From contig CAZWCX010000007.1 in NCBI GenBank assembly GCA_964632945.1, positions 30,088 through 94,087 on the forward strand: DNA of 64,000 bases. The letters are read 5' to 3'. Source of the DNA: an uncultured Planctomycetia bacterium. GTDB lineage: Bacteria > Planctomycetota > MHYJ01 > WSZJ01 > CAZWCX01. The first letter of the stretch is position 1, and each line of letters begins with the position of its first letter. A program made the translations under genes and the position numbers. The notes under the pieces are model-generated. The model saw only the letters and a list, made by a program, of their open reading frames with translations, did not search any database and was not told the origin of the DNA. Positions 58,401 through 64,000 of the stretch are shown one piece after another.

Positions 58401-60120
58401 CCGCGGCGATCCGGTGCAGGCCGGAGATCCGATCCGACTCCACGCGGTAGAGGGTGAAGACCTCGACGCGCGTCTCCGGCGCGAGCGGGGAGACCGCCAC
58501 CTTGATCTCCCCCTTGCGTTCGCGCAGCCGGTACGCGAGTCGCGAGCCGACCTGCTGGAGCCACGCGGGGAGTTCCTTGGGGTTGACCTGCGCGGCCCCG
58601 GCGGTCGCGGCGGTCTCGACCGCGGTTTCGCCCCGGGAGGCCACGCCGATCACGTCGGTGGACTCGACCGTGTCGAGCAGGTCGAGCCGGGGCAGGACCA
58701 CTTCGCCGCGCCCGGGCAGGGCGGCGGCGGCTTCCACCTGCAGCGCGACCGTGCCGAGCGTGCGGCGGAGCAGATTCACTTCCAGGAGGTCGCCGGAGGC
58801 GCGCCAGTCCCGTACGGCCTTGCCGGTGACGGTGAGGATCTCGAGATCCGCGGGACGGCGGAAACGCAACGCGGACGCGCCGATCTCGTCGATGGTGATC
58901 GCCGCGACCGTGCGCAGGACGAGGGTGTCCTTCTCGATCATCACGCTGCTCTCGGACGACACCCGCAGGCGCGGCGTCTTGCGTTCGACCCCCAGCGTCA
59001 CCGCGGCGGGGAGACGGGCGTACCGCCATCCCGCGCGCACGGTCTGGGCGAGGCCTTCGAACTGGGATTGGACGGCGGCGGTCTCGATCCGTTCGGCCGC
59101 GCGGGTCCCCTCCTCGCGGGTCGCCAGTTCGGCGTCCGCGGCCAGGGCGATCGTGCCGGCCTGCTCGCGCGCCCCCTCGACCGCGGGCGGTTCGAGGACG
59201 AACGTCCCCGGCAACCCGTCGATGGGGGCGTCGTGGCGCACCCGCAGCACGGTTTCGCGCGTGATGCGGGGCACGAACCGGACGTGGAGGAGGCGGTCCT
59301 GGTCGCGGTTCTCGACGTACCAGCGGGCGACCGCGTCCCCCTCGACCGCGAGCACGGCGGCCTGCGAGGCGAGGCGGAAGGCGATCTGGTCCAGCCCGCC
59401 GCGTTCGACCACGATCCGGTACCGGCCGAGTGCCTCGACGACGCCGGCGCCGACCTGGAAGAGGGTGCGGTCCTCGACGCGATAGGTGGCCCCCGCGTCG
59501 GCCTGGCCGTCGCGCGGGCGCCATTCGAGATTCAGGGAGGAGCCGGGCGCCGGCGCCACGCGCACGCGATTGCGCGCCTCGCCCAGGATCTCCTGCGGGG
59601 CGTCGGGCGACGCCAGGAAGACCAGGTCGCGGCCGTCCGCTTCGAACTCGACCACGGCGGCGGCGGCCGGAATCAGCGGAATCTCGACCGTCGCCCGGCG
59701 CTCCGAGCGGGCCACCGGCGCAGTCAGCCGCACGTCGATGCGCACGTCGCCGTCGCCCTGGAGGAGGAACTTCACCGTCGACCCGGAGTCGAGCATGCGG
59801 ACCGCGCCGGCGGGTTCGCAGGTCCAGGAGTCGATTCGATATTCGCCCGCAGGAAAGGGGACTTCACCCCAGGAGTCGCCCATTCGCCGGGCGTCGATCC
59901 GCAACGTGAAGACGGCCTCCTCCCCGACTACGCGGCCCTCGTAGGAGGCGCGCAGGACCGAAGCGCCCGATGGCGGTGCGAAGGGCGCCTGCGCAACCGC
60001 CGGGACGGCCGCCGATAGCAGCGCCGACAGCAGGAGCAGGAGCCCCGCGGCACGGGAAGCGGCGCTGCGGGCGCGGTGCGACCCGGGAGGGGTGCGGTGC
60101 GTGTGTTGTTCGGGGCTCAT
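55498..60120 (-). CDS. Giant secreted repeat protein of about 1540 aa with a signal peptide, a central transmembrane pair, a ~250-aa charged disordered segment and a C-terminal multi-helix membrane domain. The start coordinate is uncertain by +/-1 nt because the printed sequence and the track numbering disagree here.
   Basis: Signal peptide AAGLLLLLSALLSAAVPAVAQAP. It carries the same repeat family as 51491..55354 (LAYRLRERKGEIKVAVSPLAPETRVEV..., LAYRCAGATWSVRVAAKPLTPRIQ...). Transmembrane segments include ITALAWILGIGLAVGTLAGACAFLLWL, and the C-terminal ~110 aa are hydrophobic. Confidence 0.8.
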   Translation of the reverse strand: MSPEQHTHRTPPGSHRARSAASRAAGLLLLLSALLSAAVPAVAQAPFAPPSGASVLRASYEGRVVGEEAVFTLRIDARRMGDSWGEVPFPAGEYRIDSWTCEPAGAVRMLDSGSTVKFLLQGDGDVRIDVRLTAPVARSERRATVEIPLIPAAAAVVEFEADGRDLVFLASPDAPQEILGEARNRVRVAPAPGSSLNLEWRPRDGQADAGATYRVEDRTLFQVGAGVVEALGRYRIVVERGGLDQIAFRLASQAAVLAVEGDAVARWYVENRDQDRLLHVRFVPRITRETVLRVRHDAPIDGLPGTFVLEPPAVEGAREQAGTIALAADAELATREEGTRAAERIETAAVQSQFEGLAQTVRAGWRYARLPAAVTLGVERKTPRLRVSSESSVMIEKDTLVLRTVAAITIDEIGASALRFRRPADLEILTVTGKAVRDWRASGDLLEVNLLRRTLGTVALQVEAAAALPGRGEVVLPRLDLLDTVESTDVIGVASRGETAVETAATAGAAQVNPKELPAWLQQVGSRLAYRLRERKGEIKVAVSPLAPETRVEVFTLYRVESDRISGLHRIAADVSRAPVFAVDLTLPPGQEPVKVSGAHVRDWTFRDADRTLRIDLKAGRTGALALAVETESRVDTTKAASPLGGLVWAGAKEQRGWAAFAAAGEIEVTAAGTDQVGEIPIGQLPGELRATNPVLAYRCAGATWSVRVAAKPLTPRIQARSTTVAEIRRGLVTALCVADLEVERAGIRRLRVTLPTGALNSRVDAEDLQGRRFEDGAWELTFAGSRKGAVRITMGYEMAVPDDDPQVRVSPPEIAGVERMEGVLLVARDQSGAEVELVRGQGTTALDRQELPEEFRDASLAYTHMLRFARTPAQAVFRVTTHQRGQVEAAQMGMCDLHTIVQPDGDALTYLNARLTNTDKQYLELAFPDTATVWGGYVDGEPVKPSLGEGGKIRFPLPRATAGRIQCDVSVVWTQKVGALGLAARPSFRAPESDIKMEAVRWAVYLPGGYHMLDAEGSLRLAAVEPGMEAPRLFERMGRILKEAVPPWLITALAWILGIGLAVGTLAGACAFLLWLRDALRAYEIHPLIRFGAIAALVVAVAAGLVVTVGKRSARLFKAASMSLDEGAPSQSRAADRINTEFTLRDMGEQDIAASSGYAAPGAAAPEPASGPAQREHRRNLRGADQKNREKELADDGRSASEEATIGNYRQQRKGDRAAADKPQQIADEPMDHNETADQEEFAEAGRDYQNVRGNIADARLKDLERKAEERRPREADRYDDGQLAQAGDKLERALKGKKSAPAPAADPDLEMEKQAAAKGGAAPAGETSAGGMQPPSTDEGRFAGGKSANTPSPRPSKQPGRASELASRTESPLPSDPESPPTPDVKTPPATNLGLLHAQSTLQAADAIPFRRVERGLCEAALPIAVSFPVAGTRKVQFQEMSLAGGDARLDVWCVAAGTSLAIQLGTVGLLGVGLIALGWAWPRAGALVAGVALAAVAFASSGADAPLAPYLSVAAWSSGASLLLLSAKAIAAKVFPR

Positions 60121-60130
60121 GGCGCGATCC

Positions 60131-62440
60131 TCACTTCTTCTCGGCATCCGGGGCGTTCCGCGGTCGGGACACGCGCACGACCAGGAGCAGGGATTTCTGT
60201 TCCGGTTCGAGTCCGTGGGTCAGGGAGAAGGCGAGCGCGCCGTCCTCGGCGATCCGCGCGCCGCCCTGCACGGGAGCCAGGGCCAGCGAAGGAAGGCCCG
60301 GGGATGCCGCGCCGTCGGGTCCGACGGCGGAGCCGAGTACGGCGGCCCACTCGCCGTCCGCGTCGACGCGGAACCCGTCGCCGTCGCGGCGTGCGCGCAC
60401 GCGCAGGGCGAGTCCGGTGGCGGCGCGTACGGCGGCGGCGGCATCATCCGCGAGGTAGGCGGCGTCTTCCCGCTCCGCGCCGCCGCCGAAGCGGCCGACG
60501 GGGGAGGTCCCGGTGAGGCCGAGCCGACGCTCGACGCCGCGACGCCGGTCGGCGGCGTCGAGGAGTTCCCGCGCGGCCGCGGGGGAAAGCGCCAGGCCGG
60601 AAGCGGGAAAAGCGGCCCCGCGCTCGCTCGCGCGCAACGCGTCCACTTCGATCACGTCCGCCTCGACCGCGACGAATTCAGAACCCTCCCGGGCGATCTC
60701 CGCCAGGGCGGCGGCGAGGCCGGGGCGGGCGCCGCGCCACAGTACGCGGCCACCCGGGACGGAGAGCGCACCGGCGGCATGCGCGCGCAGCCACGCGGGG
60801 GCGGCATGTCCCGGGGCGCGCGTCGCGGCGGACACGGGCCGGAACGGGTTTTCCGGTTCGGCACGGGCCGCGGCCCGCGGCACCGCCACGCCCAGGGAGT
60901 CGAACGGCGCGACCTCGTCGAGGGAGGGGATCCGGGCCACGCTCCAGCGGTCGGCGGCCGGGGCCCCGCCCAGGCAGAGGATGCCGTCCCGAATCCAGGC
61001 CTCGATGCCGAGGCGCGCGCACGCGGCGCGCACCACGGCGGCGGCGGAGGCCCCGGCCGGCCAGTCGCCCGCGGCCGTCGATCCCGCCGGCGCCGGTCCG
61101 TGCACCACGCCCAGGCCCGCGCGCCGGGCGGCTTCGCCCGCCGTCTCGAGCGCCGGTCCCGCCGGCCACGCGTCGTTGGTCCCGGTCCCCGCGAGTCGAG
61201 GATCCTCGTCCACGGATCGGCGCGCGCCGCCCGCCGGCGCATGGGCCGCGACGATGCGCACGATCAGCGCGAGCACACGGTCGCCCTCGTCGCTGCCGAA
61301 TTCCCGGCCGAGCCGCCACGCGAACGCCCCGCCGGGGGCCACGCCCACGGCTCCCGCCGCGATCCGCTCCGCCGCGCGCGGCAATTCGATCGGCCCCAGG
61401 GGCGTCTGCGCCCACGAGGACGATTCGGCCCGGCGCAACTCGCACCGAACGCCCACCGCCACGCGTCCGCCTCCGTCCAACCCGCCCGGCCGCAACGTGA
61501 TGCGGATCCGACTGATCTCCCGGCCGCTCTGCGGAACCTTTTCCACGGACGACCCGGGTCGTTCCAGCCGCCACCCGGCCACGTAGGGGTGTTGCGTTTC
61601 CGTCTCGAAGCGCGCGTCGGTCCCTTCCAGGGCCGCGGCGGCGAATTCCCGCAGCACACGGCTCTTGTTGCGCGCCTCGTGCAGCAACGCCTCGAACTCC
61701 TCCGCCCGGAGCGCGCGCGTCCCGGCCGGCGCCAGCGCCCGCCAACCCTCGAGCGGCACCTCGATCAGCGCCGCGCGGAACTCCACCGTGTGCCCGATCG
61801 CTCCCCGCAGCGCCCCGAGGAAGGAGCGGACTTGCGCGTGCACCGCGCGCGTGTGCGTCACCCAGAGCATTTCCCCATCGGCCCCCAGCGCCGCCTCCGG
61901 GCCGCCCCATCCGGCCCCGGGTTCAGCATCCCGGACCAGCGCGACGAGAGCCCGGAGCGCCTCCGCGGATCGATCTTCCCCCGTCCCGGGGACGGTCGCT
62001 TCCAGCGCGGGAAGCAGATCCCCGACCGGGTACGCGCGCGTCACCGTTTCGGTCCCCGCCCGCGCGCGCGGGACGATGTCGATTCGGCTCCCGTCCGAAA
62101 ACCACGTCAGGCTGCTCCCATCGAGGAGCGCATCCAGCACCGTCCCGGCGGGCGCGTCTTTCACCTTTGCGGTGAACCGGTCGCCGGCGGCGGCCAGCGC
62201 TTCGGCACAGGCGGCATCCATCGCCAGGGTCACGCCCGACTGCGCCTGCATCGCCTGCAGGATCCCGGCCAGGGGCGCCTGGGTGAAGTCGAGGGTGACC
62301 CGCGCCCGCCCCAGGGTTTCTTCCGCCGGATCCGCCTGGAGCGGGTGGGAAAGAGAGAGGAAGACGAGGAGGCTTCCCCACAGGACGGCCCCGGTGGCGC
62401 GCGAATGCATGGCTGCGCGGCGGTTCGAGACGGATTTCAT
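60131..62440 (-). CDS. Secreted 769-aa protein with an N-terminal secretin-N/STN-like domain.
   Basis: Signal peptide LWGSLLVFLSLSHPLQA. The STN-like block is VTLDFTQAPLAGILQAMQAQSGVTLAMD...GTVLDALLDGSSLTWFSDGSRIDIVP. A GGAGG ribosome-binding site sits 6 nt upstream of the ATG at 62440. It is followed 10 nt later by the next giant gene. Confidence 0.7.
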   Translation of the reverse strand: MKSVSNRRAAMHSRATGAVLWGSLLVFLSLSHPLQADPAEETLGRARVTLDFTQAPLAGILQAMQAQSGVTLAMDAACAEALAAAGDRFTAKVKDAPAGTVLDALLDGSSLTWFSDGSRIDIVPRARAGTETVTRAYPVGDLLPALEATVPGTGEDRSAEALRALVALVRDAEPGAGWGGPEAALGADGEMLWVTHTRAVHAQVRSFLGALRGAIGHTVEFRAALIEVPLEGWRALAPAGTRALRAEEFEALLHEARNKSRVLREFAAAALEGTDARFETETQHPYVAGWRLERPGSSVEKVPQSGREISRIRITLRPGGLDGGGRVAVGVRCELRRAESSSWAQTPLGPIELPRAAERIAAGAVGVAPGGAFAWRLGREFGSDEGDRVLALIVRIVAAHAPAGGARRSVDEDPRLAGTGTNDAWPAGPALETAGEAARRAGLGVVHGPAPAGSTAAGDWPAGASAAAVVRAACARLGIEAWIRDGILCLGGAPAADRWSVARIPSLDEVAPFDSLGVAVPRAAARAEPENPFRPVSAATRAPGHAAPAWLRAHAAGALSVPGGRVLWRGARPGLAAALAEIAREGSEFVAVEADVIEVDALRASERGAAFPASGLALSPAAARELLDAADRRRGVERRLGLTGTSPVGRFGGGAEREDAAYLADDAAAAVRAATGLALRVRARRDGDGFRVDADGEWAAVLGSAVGPDGAASPGLPSLALAPVQGGARIAEDGALAFSLTHGLEPEQKSLLLVVRVSRPRNAPDAEKK

Positions 62441-62823
62441 GCCCCCTCCGGATCAGTCGACATGGAAACGACGGTCGGCCTCTCCCGGCCGGCCCGCTTG
62501 GAGAGACGGTCGCACCCCGGGGGGGAGCGACGAAGCAGGAATGACGGATTGGACGCCAGGAATACCGTCCCAGTTTCCAACTATTCCGCATTCCGGTCAA
62601 GAGAGCAATGCAGGGCCCGAGGTCTTGGGCGATCGGTGCGCCGGCGGGGGCGGTCCCGGGTGGATCGTCCGGATCCCGCAACCCCTATGGAGATAAAGGG
62701 ATGCACAGGCCGGGGGGCCTCGGCCTCCGGCCGCTCCGGCACCGGCTTCGCGGTCGGGCCGAGCGCGCCGCTCGCCGACGGGCACGCGTGGCCGCACCCG
62801 ATTCGGTCGGATCCTCGACGCCC

Positions 62824-63642
62824 TCAGGCCGTCTTCGCCGGCGACCCCCGCCGCCGCTCGACCTCCGGGGGCGGCGCCTGCCCGTTCCCCCCACCCTTGC
62901 TCTCGAGGAACGCCCGGAAGAGATCCACCGGCACCGGGAAGACGATGGTGCTGTTGTTCTCCGCTCCCACCTGGACGAGCGCCTGCAGGAATCGCATCTG
63001 CATCGACATCGGATGCTTCTCCATCATCGCCGCCGCCTCGGTCAGCCGGGCCGCGGCCTGGAATTCGCCGTCGGCGTGGATGACCTTGGCGCGCCGCTCG
63101 CGCTCGCTTTGCGCCTGCATCGCCATGGCCCGCTTCATGTGTTGAGGCAGGTCCACGTGCTTCACCTCGACGAGGGATACCTTCACCCCCCACGGATCGG
63201 ACTGCACGTCGAGCGTCTCCTGCAGGCGACGATTGATGCGCTCGCGATCCGACAGCAGTTCGTCGAGTTCCGCCTGCCCCACGATGCTGCGGAGCGTCGT
63301 CTGGGACAGTTGGCTGGTGGCGTAGCCGTAGTTCTCCACCTCGAGCACGGCCTTCATCGGATCGAGCACCCGGAAGTAGACGACCGCATTGACCTGGACC
63401 GACACGTTGTCGCGCGTGATCACGTCCTGCGCCGGCACGTCGTGAACGAACGTGCGCAGGCTCACGCGCATCATCCAGTCGATCGGCCAGAAGATGAAGA
63501 CCAGGCCGGGCCCCTTCGGCACCGGCAGGACCCGGCCGAGCCGAAAGACCACGCCCCGCTCGTACTCCGAGAGGATGCGCAGGCAGGTCAGGATGTAGAA
63601 GGCGACGATTCCCAGCGTGATCCCGATGGCTTGCAGGATCAT
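62824..63642 (-). CDS. SPFH/band-7 (stomatin-like) protein.
   Basis: An N-terminal transmembrane helix followed by the SPFH core ([13 protein letters not shown]...[19 protein letters not shown]). Its start overlaps the NfeD stop as ATGA. Confidence 0.9.
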   Translation of the reverse strand: MILQAIGITLGIVAFYILTCLRILSEYERGVVFRLGRVLPVPKGPGLVFIFWPIDWMMRVSLRTFVHDVPAQDVITRDNVSVQVNAVVYFRVLDPMKAVLEVENYGYATSQLSQTTLRSIVGQAELDELLSDRERINRRLQETLDVQSDPWGVKVSLVEVKHVDLPQHMKRAMAMQAQSERERRAKVIHADGEFQAAARLTEAAAMMEKHPMSMQMRFLQALVQVGAENNSTIVFPVPVDLFRAFLESKGGGNGQAPPPEVERRRGSPAKTA

Positions 63643-64000
63643 GGCGTTTCCTCCTTTTCCCCGCCGAGGGGCGGGGACGCTACGGTCAGGGTGAGCCCCT
63701 TGCGATCGCGCACGACCACCCGCTGGCGGGCGGCGAGCGGGGTCGGCGACACCGCCCGCCAGTACTCCCCGTGCACGAACACGGTCCCGACAAACCCGCC
63801 GGCGGCGGCGGTGAAGTCTTCCAGGACTTCCGCTGCTTCCCCCACCATCCCTTCCGTCCCCGTGCGGACCTGCGCGCGGTGGGCGCGGACGATGTTGCCG
63901 ACCAGGAAGGCGGCGATGAGCCCGGTCGCGACCGCCACCGGGACGACGACGCCGGCGGAGACGCGCAGGAACCCGGTCGGCGAATCCACGAGCATGAGAC
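63639..64000 (-). CDS. NfeD-family protein, partner of the SPFH protein. The N-terminus probably extends beyond the window end.
   Basis: A C-terminal OB-fold-like block ([13 protein letters not shown]...[14 protein letters not shown]...[14 protein letters not shown]), typical of NfeD. The reading frame is still open at 64000. Confidence 0.7.
   Translation of the reverse strand, partial: LMLVDSPTGFLRVSAGVVVPVAVATGLIAAFLVGNIVRAHRAQVRTGTEGMVGEAAEVLEDFTAAAGGFVGTVFVHGEYWRAVSPTPLAARQRVVVRDRKGLTLTVASPPLGGEKEETP

Noticed and set aside
55924-63145. Two long plus-strand ORFs (55924..60018 and 60092..63145), of 1364 and 1017 aa.
   Set aside because: They are antisense to the minus-strand giant-protein genes, which have signal peptides, repeats and ribosome-binding sites. 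The plus-strand products are Arg/Gly/Asp low-complexity with no domain signatures.
1-64000. CRISPR arrays, insertion sequences, integrases, transposases and prophage genes.
   Set aside because: No direct-repeat/spacer periodicity, no terminal inverted repeats and no recombinase-like ORFs were seen anywhere in the window.

Overview
This is a ~70% GC bacterial chromosomal segment containing about 48 protein-coding genes; I found no rRNA, tRNA, CRISPR arrays or obvious mobile elements. The six-frame ORF track is unreliable at this GC content. It contains many long Arg/Pro/Gly-rich antisense or off-frame ORFs, and it omits a real hybrid sensor kinase that runs off the window start. I therefore called genes from residue composition and recognisable domain motifs, and re-derived most start codons from the sequence. 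The gene content, and the domain architectures I report below, rest on motif recognition by eye and not on any database search.

From start to end the window holds:
- A GAF-PAS-PAS-HisKA-HATPase-REC hybrid kinase on the minus strand (1..2382).
- Malate dehydrogenase (mdh), followed on the same strand by a Tat-signal NHL beta-propeller protein, a polytopic membrane protein, a 52-aa micro-ORF, a 2[4Fe-4S] ferredoxin and an FMN-binding-domain membrane protein. Together these look like a membrane electron-transfer module.
- A long minus-strand gene string: MBL hydrolase, a spermidine-synthase-like membrane protein, a neutral-ceramidase-like hydrolase, a TPR Ser/Thr kinase, an acyl-CoA synthetase, a 74-aa protein and YraN.
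- A signalling neighbourhood with three more Hanks-type kinases (one a predicted pseudokinase fused to a polytopic membrane domain), an FHA-transmembrane-trypsin-protease fusion, two PilZ proteins, a GT39-like glycosyltransferase and a YkgJ Fe-S protein.
- A MoxR(CoxD-like) ATPase and CoxE-like VWA pair flanked by membrane proteins.
- A 13-kb minus-strand locus (49224..62440) that encodes two paralogous giant repeat proteins of about 1290 and 1540 aa, each with a signal peptide and C-terminal transmembrane anchors. Upstream of them sits a 769-aa secreted protein with a secretin-N/STN-like domain, then an SPFH/NfeD pair. This locus is the best candidate in the window for an undescribed envelope system.

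The domain mix (many TPR Ser/Thr kinases, FHA, GspE-N-like domains, giant surface proteins) is typical of Planctomycetota or Myxococcota-like genomes, but I cannot assign taxonomy from sequence alone.
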